19,763 nucleotides of DNA, taken from positions 1 through 19,763 of the forward strand of contig JBBCAV010000055.1 in assembly GCA_051382305.1 (NCBI GenBank). Reading direction: 5' to 3'. The stretch is from Bdellovibrionota bacterium FG-2 (lineage in GTDB: Bacteria; Bdellovibrionota; UBA1018). Shown piece after piece: positions 1-9,200 of the stretch; the first letter of the stretch is position 1, and the number at the start of each line of letters is the position of its first letter. The notes beneath the pieces are model-generated. The model had not been told where the DNA came from. It saw only the letters and a list, made by a program, of their open reading frames with translations, and did no database searches. Position numbers and translations under genes: made by a program.

Positions 1-1309
1 CCCCAAAACTCCCCCAACCTAAAGCCGGCCCAGCCTTGGCTTTGGCTGCGGCTTTGGTCGAGCCCCCCCCGCCAGCGTACGAAGATCCAATGGCACCATT
101 ACCTTTCGCCATTTCTCGATCCAGGAACTTTTCCATATTCGATGCCAGTTTCGAAACCTCCGGCGACAAACTCGCGAGTGCGGCCATGGCCTGCGAAGGA
201 GAGCTTGATTCCACCTTTCGCACAAAATCCTTTAGATCAACTCCGGAAGCTTTTTTGAAATCACTGCCAAATTTTGTAGGATCAGGAAAAAGTTTCTTAA
301 ACAGTTCGCCTTCTTTGCCCGCGATGGCAGAGGCAAGAACGCCAGTCGTAAGGTCGGAACCATCTCCTTTAATCTGATCAGCAACTGAACCCTTCGACTT
401 CGCCCCGTCATTTTTATTTGCGCTGACTTTGCCTGTTACTGGGTTCATTTGTCCCCCGGAACCAAACCCCACACCGGAAGGACCAGTATTATTCGTGTTC
501 GAGAGGCCCATTAAATCTCGTCCATTCAGACTGAGAATACTATTGCAACTCGCATCTTTAGAGGAGTTTTGAGCCCCTACCGATTTAAACTTAAGCACAG
601 AAATTGCGAGAAACGCGCCGGCCGCATAACAAGGCACCTTACTGGCTTTAGTTGCAACAGCAGGCGCTGCCGATCCCGCTGCTGTTCCTGTTCCTGCTAC
701 TGCCGTACCTGCTCCAGCCGCCGCAGGCGCCAGCGATGGAATCATTGCGTAGGCCGAGCCGACTGCCATAGCCCCTCCGACCCCAGCTCCGATCTCCCCG
801 CCAGCCGTCTTCATGTAATCCCCGAAAGACTGCCCAAACTTATTAGCTAACACCCCCTCGGCAATCAAATCGCCAACCATGGCCAAGCCACCGCCTACGT
901 AACAGAAAGGAACAACGGCGGGATAGTAACAGGCAATACCACAAGTCACGGCGGCCGCAGCGAAAACACCTGTCGACACCCATTCATAAGTCGCAGCGGT
1001 ATCTGCCAAATTGAATGATGAACAATAGGACGCCAGATTAGTCGTCTGAGAATGCGTGGATTTTTCACAGTCAACAGGCCTTTGGATGGCCGCAAGCTGT
1101 TTCGAGAGCGGGCTATTTTTGCACCGTTCAATCTCTTGCTTAGTAAACACCTCCTGGGCCTTACAGCGACTGTCACATGTATTTTCATCACTATCGCTCA
1201 CTTCAGCGGTAGGAAGCCGCACGGGCGGAGGTGTGGGCGTGCTCCCCGCACTCACTAACCCCGCCGGCATCACCAAAGAGAAAATTAGAATCATCACCAG
1301 AAATTTCAT
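1..1309 (-). CDS. Secreted Ala/Gly/Cys-rich hypothetical protein, 3' end beyond the window edge (>=436 aa); paralog of 1306-2547
   Basis: Not in the ORF track because there is no stop in the window. Manual translation from ATG 1309 is open to base 1: MKFLVMILIFSLVMPAGLVSAGSTPTPPPVRLP...LASYCSSF...AAVTCGIACYYP...PDPTKFGSDFKKASG...SSYAGGGGSTK. It has a signal-peptide-like N-terminus, a GGAGG RBS upstream and an ATGA overlap with the upstream gene's stop. Confidence 0.85.
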   Translation of the reverse strand, partial: MKFLVMILIFSLVMPAGLVSAGSTPTPPPVRLPTAEVSDSDENTCDSRCKAQEVFTKQEIERCKNSPLSKQLAAIQRPVDCEKSTHSQTTNLASYCSSFNLADTAATYEWVSTGVFAAAAVTCGIACYYPAVVPFCYVGGGLAMVGDLIAEGVLANKFGQSFGDYMKTAGGEIGAGVGGAMAVGSAYAMIPSLAPAAAGAGTAVAGTGTAAGSAAPAVATKASKVPCYAAGAFLAISVLKFKSVGAQNSSKDASCNSILSLNGRDLMGLSNTNNTGPSGVGFGSGGQMNPVTGKVSANKNDGAKSKGSVADQIKGDGSDLTTGVLASAIAGKEGELFKKLFPDPTKFGSDFKKASGVDLKDFVRKVESSSPSQAMAALASLSPEVSKLASNMEKFLDREMAKGNGAIGSSYAGGGGSTKAAAKAKAGPALGWGSFG

Positions 1310-2547
1310 CTTCCTGCCCCCTCCAAACGATCACTCACTCTAGAATATCTAAATTTAACCCGATCAAAAAGGCTTAATGTACGATCCTCAAAGATCGCAG
1401 CGGGCGACCGCATGCTCGGATTAAATACGATCTCGGAGCCTCCGCTGATTTTCTTGCCGGCACCGGACTTGGCTCCAAACTGTCCAAATATTCCACTAAG
1501 CATTTCCGACATTGATTGATCTGGGCTTGCACCAGCCTTCGCGCTCCCGTCAGCCGCGCCACCCCCGGCATACACGCCGGAGGAATCTGCACCCGGCGCG
1601 CTCTCCAGTTCTTTAAGTGCGAGAGCGAGCGTCGATACGCTAGGCGCAGAGAAACTTCCGCTTAGGGCCGTGTTCAGTGCAGAACTTGGATCTTTGAATT
1701 TTCCATCAACCCCATCAATTAACTCCGCCACATCCGTTTTCGATACTTTTTTAAAGTCCTCCGCGAATTTCGGATCACTCACCCATTGAGGAAGTTTCCG
1801 ATCCGCGGCCATCGCGCCGGCGATCATGGCTTGGGATTTTGCGCCGGTTGCGAGCGGCGAAACGGGTTCCGCACTTTGTGGCGCAGCCCCGGCTGGAACT
1901 CCGGCGCCGGAGTTCGGACGAGGCACCACGGAGAGAGACGTATTTGGCGCCGTTTGCGCAAATCCTCCACCGGAACTGTCCTTGAATTTTTTTACGGACT
2001 CAAGATTCGTGGCCACTGCGGCTTCACTCTCGGTCATTGTTTTATGTTTGGCATAACTTTGGGCTGCGGCAAAAGCAGCGCCCGCGCAAGCGGCCCAGTC
2101 TTTTGATTTCGCTGAAGCCCCGGACTCCGTAGCTTTCGTCATCACGGCTCCCGCACCGGCAGCGGTTAGGCCCCCCATCGCGGCGGTGAGATCCTTTTTG
2201 ATTCCACCTTCAATGACTCCCGCTAGCCCATTCGCACTTTGACAAACCCAAGGATGAGCGCTCGCACCTGAGAGCGAACTTGCACATGCGCCCGCGCAAA
2301 CTGTGGCGACACCCGCCCAGACTTTCCATAGTTTTGACTCCGCCTCACTCGTGGCTTGTGAATCCTGCGCAGCTTTGCAGTAACTGTATTTGGTGGGGGC
2401 TTTTTCGGGATGAGCCAACGCCTCGCCGCAAAGCTCTCCCAAGCCCGCGGACTCGGCCGCCGCATGCGCGAATGCGGGCGCCGCAAAAGCGAGCAGTATT
2501 ATAATGATGGCGCGCGGAATTGATCGACCTACCCCAAAGACACCCAT
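1306..2547 (-). CDS. Secreted Ala/Gly/Cys-rich hypothetical protein (413 aa)
   Basis: C-terminal part of track ORF 1306..3000. Start re-called at ATG 2547 (MGVFGVGRSIPRAIIIILLAFAAPAFAHA), which has a GAGGGG RBS and a signal peptide with an AxA site. The upstream extension is antisense to vapB. Confidence 0.85.
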   Translation of the reverse strand: MGVFGVGRSIPRAIIIILLAFAAPAFAHAAAESAGLGELCGEALAHPEKAPTKYSYCKAAQDSQATSEAESKLWKVWAGVATVCAGACASSLSGASAHPWVCQSANGLAGVIEGGIKKDLTAAMGGLTAAGAGAVMTKATESGASAKSKDWAACAGAAFAAAQSYAKHKTMTESEAAVATNLESVKKFKDSSGGGFAQTAPNTSLSVVPRPNSGAGVPAGAAPQSAEPVSPLATGAKSQAMIAGAMAADRKLPQWVSDPKFAEDFKKVSKTDVAELIDGVDGKFKDPSSALNTALSGSFSAPSVSTLALALKELESAPGADSSGVYAGGGAADGSAKAGASPDQSMSEMLSGIFGQFGAKSGAGKKISGGSEIVFNPSMRSPAAIFEDRTLSLFDRVKFRYSRVSDRLEGAGR

Positions 2548-2620
2548 ATTCCCCCTCAAGCATCTATCGTCAGAACTAAAATAACCCTTTAGAATTAAGA
2601 GCCAGATTCCCCTGTTAACT

Positions 2621-2648
2621 ATTATGGCACAGCGCGTTACAAAGTCAA
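2621..2648 (-). promoter_or_regulatory. Putative sigma70 promoter for the paralog pair
   Basis: Minus strand reads TTGACT-N16-CATAAT with a TGn extended -10, about 75 nt upstream of ATG 2547. Confidence 0.5.
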
Positions 2649-2667
2649 GGTGCCCGGGGGCGGGCGC

Positions 2668-2707
2668 TGGACAAAAGGCTATTTGCCAAGTATACTTTAG
2701 CAAATAG
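2668..2707 (+). promoter_or_regulatory. vapBC sigma70 promoter with overlapping palindromic operator
   Basis: TGGACA(2668-2673)-N17-TATACT(2691-2696). The inverted repeat CTATTTGC(2679-2686)...GCAAATAG(2700-2707) encloses the inner palindrome AAGTATACTT. Confidence 0.75.
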
Positions 2708-2718
2708 AGGTTATTTTT

Positions 2719-2955
2719 ATGGGACAATTGAACATCTATGCCCCCGACGAGCTGGAGGAAAAGATAAAGAAGGAAGCCCAAAAAGAAGGGAAGAGCGTTT
2801 CTGCGTTTGTGCTTGAGGCTGTGAAAAACAGAATTGAACCCAAGGCCTGGAGCCAAGAATTCTTGGCTACCTTTGGCTCGGTCGGTGCCGATTTTCCCGA
2901 CGACATCGAAGACCTGCCCCAGCAGGAAAGAGATTTTCATGAAATATCTTCTTGA
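2719..2955 (+). CDS. vapB: VapB-like antitoxin (ribbon-helix-helix type N-terminus, acidic C-terminus)
   Basis: 78 aa, MGQLNIYAPDELEEKIKKEAQKEGKSVSAFV fits the RHH pattern. It has an acidic tail and a GAGG RBS, and overlaps the downstream PIN toxin. Confidence 0.8.
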   Translation: MGQLNIYAPDELEEKIKKEAQKEGKSVSAFVLEAVKNRIEPKAWSQEFLATFGSVGADFPDDIEDLPQQERDFHEISS

Positions 2956-3331
2956 TACGAACATCTGCATCGCATGGATCAAGGGGGATGAATCCGTCAA
3001 GCAGCGCCTAATGGCGCTGGCACCAGGGGATGTAGTGACTTGCTCGATTGTGAAAGCAGAGCTGATTTATGGTGCTTTTAAGAGCAAACAACGTGCGCGC
3101 AACGAACACGGTATTCGCGGCTTTCTGAGACAGTTCCACTCACTTCCATTTGATGACGCTGCGGCGGAACAATATGGGGTCATTCGCACGATGCTCGAAC
3201 ATGCAGGAACTCCCATTGGTCCCCATGATCTCATGATCGCGGCCATCGCGCAGGCCAACGGACTCACTGCCGTCACGCGGAATATCGGAGAATTTGAACG
3301 GATTACGACATTGAAATGCGAAGTGTGGTGA
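2939..3331 (+). CDS. vapC: VapC PIN-domain ribonuclease toxin (130 aa)
   Basis: Start re-called at ATG 2939. MKYLLDTNICI, AELIYGA, IGPHDLMIAAIA and VTRNIGEF are classic VapC motifs. Confidence 0.95.
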   Translation: MKYLLDTNICIAWIKGDESVKQRLMALAPGDVVTCSIVKAELIYGAFKSKQRARNEHGIRGFLRQFHSLPFDDAAAEQYGVIRTMLEHAGTPIGPHDLMIAAIAQANGLTAVTRNIGEFERITTLKCEVW

Positions 3332-3336
3332 GCAGC

Positions 3337-3867
3337 CTAATTCACCGCTTTCGGCGTCTCAAAATTCAAGAAATCAACCCGTAGCCCCGCCGTGATTCCC
3401 GAAAACTCTGTCTTGCTCGGCATGTAGATGTAGCCTGCACAAATGTTGCTCATCACCGTTTTCCCTAATTGAATGCCAAGCGAAACTCCCGGCTCAAGAA
3501 CAATCCCGCCCCCGGAAACCGTCGTGCCCGCAAATCCCCCGCCACCGCCGGCCAGCAAATTAAACTGAATATTAACGTTCGCCGTGAAATTTCCCTGCAG
3601 ACCCGCCTTCAATCCTCCATAACTAAAAGATCCCGGAGAATTGCCCGTGAGCTGTCCGGTGTAACCCGCGCCGCCAATCGTAAAGATGTCGCTCTCATAA
3701 CCCGCGTATTGCCAGCCAAATAGAATTCCGGTGGCCGTGGTATTTTGAACCCCTTTGATCTCCGCGCCAACCTTCGAAGTATTCTGACCGGCGAAGGTCG
3801 TGCCCGATGCCGTGAAGACAAGAAAAGAAACAACAACTCCCCAGCTAACTTTAGTTATGGCTCTCAT
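3337..3867 (-). CDS. Putative small outer-membrane beta-barrel protein (176 aa)
   Basis: Start re-called at ATG 3867 (AGGGG RBS). It has a signal peptide ending TTFA and about 8 Gly/aromatic-rich alternating strands (FTIGGAGY, FSYGGLKAG, LEPGVSLGI, AGYIY, AGLRVDF). Confidence 0.65.
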   Translation of the reverse strand: MRAITKVSWGVVVSFLVFTASGTTFAGQNTSKVGAEIKGVQNTTATGILFGWQYAGYESDIFTIGGAGYTGQLTGNSPGSFSYGGLKAGLQGNFTANVNIQFNLLAGGGGGFAGTTVSGGGIVLEPGVSLGIQLGKTVMSNICAGYIYMPSKTEFSGITAGLRVDFLNFETPKAVN

Positions 3868-3976
3868 CTTGATTATCCCCTGGTGCGAATAGAATGACAC
3901 ACGAAGAATATGTTGTCGAGCTGCCTGCTTTACGTCAAACCCTTGACACTTATTCGCCCTGCAATCTGCCGCAAAT

Positions 3977-4005
3977 TTGAAAGATTCGATTTCCAATGTT
4001 AGAAT
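3977..4005 (+). promoter_or_regulatory. Putative sigma70 promoter for the 4027-5801 operon
   Basis: TTGAAA-N17-TAGAAT with a TGn extension. Confidence 0.55.
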
Positions 4006-4026
4006 TTACGACGGATGGATCTACAC

Positions 4027-4428
4027 ATGCGATTCCTTTTTCCGTTCACACTGCTGCTTCTCAGCCTTTCGCTACACGCGCGTGCCGCCGCCCCTATGAG
4101 CGCACCTGAAGGCATGATCGTTCAACAAGTCGACCCCAATTTCTCCGTTGAACACTTCAAAGACAAAGGCGTCACCGTCTACGGTGCCGAAAACCTCCAA
4201 GATAAACGAGCCTCGAAATCAAAACTTCCAAGCTCCAAAGAAATGTCCGCCTGGCTCAAGCAGAGCGACCTGGCTTACGCCACTTCAAAATGGGACGCCG
4301 TGGAGTACAGCACGTTTTACGTTCGCGCCTTGAAACTTGATTTTGCCGAGTTAAAATCCCGCTATCCGACTTTGCCTAAAAAAGGCCTCAGCACCTTTCA
4401 GCAGATCGTTCGCAAGGACGAAGAATGA
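4027..4428 (+). CDS. Small secreted hypothetical protein
   Basis: MRFLFPFTLLLLSLSLHARA signal peptide (alternative start 4015). The stop overlaps the next ATG (ATGA). Confidence 0.75.
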   Translation: MRFLFPFTLLLLSLSLHARAAAPMSAPEGMIVQQVDPNFSVEHFKDKGVTVYGAENLQDKRASKSKLPSSKEMSAWLKQSDLAYATSKWDAVEYSTFYVRALKLDFAELKSRYPTLPKKGLSTFQQIVRKDEE

Positions 4429-5801
4429 GGGCCCTGAGTGCGCTTCCAAGATTTGCCTACGGCGCCAGCCTTGCCACTTTTCTTCTCTTGTTTTCGACCA
4501 AAGCTGCTGCCGATATTCTTTTTCTAAACCTCCAAGGCTCTGCGAAAGAATATAATGAAGTCGTACAGGCTGCAAAAAAGCGCGGAGAAAAAGTTGTCGA
4601 AATTCCTACTTTTTCTGATGCAGATCGCGGCACAATTTCAAAAATCATTGCAAAAGATAAAACAGCGCGAACGAGCGCTGAACACACGACGTTGGAGAAG
4701 TTAGCGGTGAAATATAGACTTAGCGAGAGTGGCGCCACACCCGCGGGCGCGCCCAACGACATCACGAAATTTAGCATTAAAATCTCGAGTCTGCTACCGA
4801 TGGTCATTGAAGAAACCCTTAAAAACACGCCTCACGGGGCGCTCCACTCTCTGGTGATCTCGGGCCACTCCACCGGAAAAGCCTACTTAAGCGACTTGTA
4901 TTCCGGAAAAACAAAAATTGAAGAGATCCATGGCGCGCTATCGCGAGCAGGTGCCGACAAAAATATTCAGTCCATTCTGCTCTTGGGCTGTTACGGCCGC
5001 ACTCCCCTGACCGTAAAAAAATGGCATAAGGGACTTCCCGAGCTAAAAGTCGTCGCGGGCTTTTCGCGGAAAGCCCCCCTGGCCAAAGATCCTGATAGCA
5101 GTGCGATGATCCGCTGGTTCTATGACAAAGTTTCCGAAGCCGAAGATCTCAAAATGCTCGAAGTGGCAGAAAAGAAACTTCCGCAAGCGCTTAAACAAAG
5201 AATGGCCGGCGCCAGTCTCGTTTGCGCAAGCCCCGATCAAGCAGAGCTAGATCGTCAGTGTCCAGACATCATCAAGACTCTTAAAGCGAGCTCAGACTGC
5301 GAAAATTTCAGATGCTATTATCAATCCCTCGAAAAGACTTGCCGAAAAGTCCCAAAAGACCGGCCACAATCAAGACTGCGCGGCTTCTACGCGCAATTGC
5401 AAGACGCCGAGGTGTGCCTCGACGGCCGCAAGGACTGCGCGCGTGACGGACTTCCCACGATTGAGACGACTCTTGCACTTGTGAAGTTCCAACACGTACT
5501 GGAAAACTTTATCGCAAAATTTAAAGAGCAAATAGGCCAAGCCTCGCGCACGCGACCCACCCTTCCAAGAATCATTCAATCCGGCGATCGCGAACAAATC
5601 CGCTCCCTAGTTCAGGGTATGAAAAAGGACTGCGGCCCGATTCCAGGAAAATTCCTAGAATTCAAGGATCAGGCCTGTTTTGATTTTGCGAGTGCGATGG
5701 ATAACCTAATTGAGCTCAAATGCATCCCGATCAGTTGGATTGAGTCCCCCACACCCGGAAGGCCCGTTGACAACCTCGCCTGCGAGAATGAGTGCGGGTA
5801 A
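4425..5801 (+). CDS. Secreted Cys-rich protein with possible clan CD (caspase/legumain/CHAT-like) peptidase domain
   Basis: 458 aa with a signal peptide ending KAAA. Motifs LVISGH(148)S, ILLLGC(189)Y and VVAGF are present, plus 12 further Cys in the C-terminal half. The CDS is well supported but the function is inferred. Confidence 0.7.
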   Translation: MRALSALPRFAYGASLATFLLLFSTKAAADILFLNLQGSAKEYNEVVQAAKKRGEKVVEIPTFSDADRGTISKIIAKDKTARTSAEHTTLEKLAVKYRLSESGATPAGAPNDITKFSIKISSLLPMVIEETLKNTPHGALHSLVISGHSTGKAYLSDLYSGKTKIEEIHGALSRAGADKNIQSILLLGCYGRTPLTVKKWHKGLPELKVVAGFSRKAPLAKDPDSSAMIRWFYDKVSEAEDLKMLEVAEKKLPQALKQRMAGASLVCASPDQAELDRQCPDIIKTLKASSDCENFRCYYQSLEKTCRKVPKDRPQSRLRGFYAQLQDAEVCLDGRKDCARDGLPTIETTLALVKFQHVLENFIAKFKEQIGQASRTRPTLPRIIQSGDREQIRSLVQGMKKDCGPIPGKFLEFKDQACFDFASAMDNLIELKCIPISWIESPTPGRPVDNLACENECG

Positions 5802-5811
5802 GACTATTTGT

Positions 5812-6279
5812 CTATTTATCTAACTCCCCACACTCAAGCATCGATTTGCCGTAATACGGGTTTCTCACCTCACTCTGCCTTTGCAACCAACTCGCGTTTG
5901 CCATCGAACAAAACACCTTGTGAACTCCTGCAGGCTTATGGGCTTTCGCCCATGCCGTCAGGGGCGCCGAGAGCCCTTTAAACAACTCGCGCGCCTGTTT
6001 CAAGTCCTTTGCCTTTTCAAGCGCGAGAGAGGAGTCTTTGATCCTCTTTCCTTCGGCTTTACTCAACACCTTTCCATCGATTTTCTCCACGCTCGCAGCA
6101 ATCTTCTGCGCTGCCAACGCAACACCCGTTAGAGAGTCTGCTGCTAAAGATTCTCCGATAGTATAGTAAGGGTCTAAAATCGGCGCCATGGCCTTAACCG
6201 AAGAGTCTGTTGCCGCAAAAGCCGAACCCGTCGATACCGCAAAAAGCGCACATAAACCAAGAAGTGAAACCTGTTTCAT
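5812..6279 (-). CDS. DUF3347-like periplasmic metal-binding protein
   Basis: Start re-called at ATG 6279 (AGGAGG RBS, ATGA overlap with the cusA stop). It has a signal peptide and the motifs RELFKGLS and FCSMANASWLQ...VRNPYYGKSMLECG. Confidence 0.85.
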   Translation of the reverse strand: MKQVSLLGLCALFAVSTGSAFAATDSSVKAMAPILDPYYTIGESLAADSLTGVALAAQKIAASVEKIDGKVLSKAEGKRIKDSSLALEKAKDLKQARELFKGLSAPLTAWAKAHKPAGVHKVFCSMANASWLQRQSEVRNPYYGKSMLECGELDK

Positions 6280-9200
6280 AAATTCCTCCTGCCTTCTTTC
6301 ATCACAAACTTCCATTTCCAAATATGAAATATGACCGGGTAAACCAAAAGCTCGAGAATAAAGCTCGTCACCAGCCCCCCCACCATGGGCGCCGCTATTC
6401 TTCGCATGACATCACTGCCCGCACCAGAGGACCACATAATAGGGAGTAACCCCATGAAAGCCGCCATCACCGTCATCATCTTAGGCCGAATTCGCCTAAC
6501 CGCTCCGTGCATAATTGCGGCATCCAGATCAGCCTTCGTTCGCATCGTTCCCGCCCGAACATGATCCTCATAGGCAAGATCAAGATACAGCAACATAAAT
6601 ACGCCCGTCTCCGCATCAAGCCCCATGAGTGCAATCATCCCCACCCAAACTGCAATAGAAATGTTGTACCCCAAAAGAAACAAGAGCCACACGCTCCCCA
6701 CGAGCGAAAAGGGCACGGCCAGAAGCACGATCGCAGTCTTCACCGTCGACTTTGTGTTCATATAAAGGAGAAGCGCAATAATAAAGAGCGTAAGCGGAAT
6801 CACAATTTTCAAACGCTCTTTCACCCGAATCATGTTTTCATATTGACCACTCCAAACGAGCGTATACCCCGTCGGGACTTTTACCTTTTCTTCGACGTTT
6901 TTTTTGGCTTCGTGGACATATCCGCCAACATCACGTCCGGCCATATCCACGTAGACGTATCCGGCAAGAAGGCCATTTTCGTTGCGAACCATTGCGGGTC
7001 CCTCGACCATGCGAATGTCGGCAATCTGGGTGATCGGGATATGCGCACCTGTGGGAGAAGGAACCAAGACTCGCTTGAGGGTATTGATGTCGTCCCGAAA
7101 CTCGCGCGCATAACGTACATTAATGGGATAACGCTCACGCCCTTCCACCGTGTAACTGATGTTCTCCCCGCCGACCGCCGTGTTAACGACCATCTGCGCC
7201 TCAGCCACCGAAATTCCGTATCGTGCCAGTTCATCACGATTGAGAACAAAATCGAGATAATAACCCCCGGCGGCTCTTTCCGCATAGATGTTTCTCGTGC
7301 CGGCAACCGGGCGAAGCGCAAGTTCGATTTGCTCACCGATCCCCTGAATGACCTTGAGGTCTTTGCCCAATACTTTGATGCCGATGGGAGTTCGAATTCC
7401 GGTGGAAAGCATATCAATCCGGTTCTTGATCGGCATCGTCCAAACGTTAGGGATTCCTGCGAAGCGCAGCTTATTATTCATGTCATTTTGCAGCTCCTCG
7501 AATGTTCGATGCACAGGAGTAATCCAAGAAAAGAGCGAATGTGTGAAATGAGGTAGCCCTGAATACCAGCGATCCACTGCGGGCCACTCCGATAACGGCT
7601 TCAAGACCACGGTCGTCTCAACCATCGAAAACGGGGCGGGATCAGTCGGCGTGTCCGCCCGGCCGGCTTTACCAAAAACTGTATCGACTTCTGGAAACTC
7701 CTTGATGAGCTTGTCTTGAATTTGCAAAATCCGTTTCGCCTCGGTAACCGACATTCCGGGGAAAGCCGTAGGCATGTAGAGAAAAGCACCCTCATTCAAC
7801 GGAGGCATAAACTCTGATCCCAATTTCAAGTATATAGGAATGGTCGTAAGCATCACCAGAAGTGCGCCTATTAGAGTCGCAGTACTATGCTTGAGTACAA
7901 AATGCACCACGGGTTCATAAAGACGAAACAAGATCCGGCTAATCGGATGTTTCTCTTCGGGATAGTAATTGCCGACCAATGTTTTGTTTCCGAGCCAAAC
8001 CACGCCATTTCGCAATCGCTCCAGCACAGAGCCCCGCGCCCTACTGAGCGGGATGTAACGAAAATAGTCCATCCGCGTAAACATCATACGCAATGCGGGA
8101 TCAACGGTGACTGCTAAGACTGAGGCCAAAGCCATGGCCAGCGTTTTCGAAAAGGCCAAAGGCTTAAAGAGCCTCCCCTCCTGATCCACCAAGGTAAAGA
8201 CCGGAAGAAAGGAAACAGAAATCACCAAAAGCGAAAAAAACACGGAAGGCGCCACTTCTTTTAAGGCATTTAACCGCACAAGGTGAAAATCACCCTTGCG
8301 TCCTGAGGAATTCCATTCTTCCAGTTTCTTATAGGCGTTTTCGACTTCGACAATCGCGCCATCCACTAGAACTCCGATCGAAATCGCAATGCCTGCCAGC
8401 GACATGATGTTCGTCGTGAGCCCCATAAAATACATCGGGATGAAAGCCAAAAAGACGGAAATGGGAATGGTCAGAATCGGAACCACTGCGGAGGGGATAT
8501 GCCAAAGAAACAACAAGATCACGAGACTCACAATAATGACTTCGACCTTGAGTTCGTGTTTCAGCGTATCAATGGCCCGAGTAATCAAATCCGAACGATC
8601 ATAAACAGAGACAATCTTAACCCCGGGAGGGAGACTGGGCTTGAGCTCTTCAAGTCGCGCCTTTACGGCATTGATGACGTTCAAGGCATTTTCACCTTGG
8701 CGCATGATGGCCACACCTCCCACCGTGTCTCCCATGCCATTAAGATCCGTCACCCCCCGACGCATGTCGGGTCCCAGCTCTACCCGCCCCAAATGTTTCA
8801 CAAGAATCGGGACTCCGGTTTTGGGATCCGTCATGACAACGATGTTCTCGATATCCTCCTTATTTTTTACATAGCCACGCCCGCGCACCATGTATTCAGT
8901 GCCAGAGAATTCGAGAACGCGGCCTCCCGTGTCCGTATTGCCGGCACGTACCGCATTCACGACTTGAGTAATCGTCATTCCGTAGACAATGAGCTTATTA
9001 GGATCGATATTGATTTGGTATTGCTTGATGAATCCACCGACTGCAGCGACTTCAGCGACGCCAGGGACAGCCTGAAGATGAAACTTAAGCTGCCAATCTT
9101 GAATGCTCCGAAGTTCTGCAAGATTGAGCTGGTTTGACTCATCAATCAAGGCATATTGATAAACCCAACCCACACTCGTGGCATCCGGTCCAATTTCTGT

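Noticed and set aside
650-735. Short repeats such as CTGTTCCTGTTCCTG
   Set aside because: This is low-complexity Ala/Gly/Thr coding sequence, not CRISPR or a mobile-element repeat.
36-1343. Short plus-strand ORFs including the Cys/Arg-rich 569..850
   Set aside because: They are shadows of the Ala/Gly-rich minus-strand gene 1..1309. The Cys run comes from antisense GCA/ACA codons.
2548-3000. N-terminal 151-codon extension of track ORF 1306..3000
   Set aside because: It is antisense to vapBC and its promoter. ATG 2547 has an RBS, a signal peptide and its own promoter.
6507-7556. 349-aa plus-strand ORF (also 8499..9137)
   Set aside because: These are antisense shadows of cusA with no recognisable motifs.
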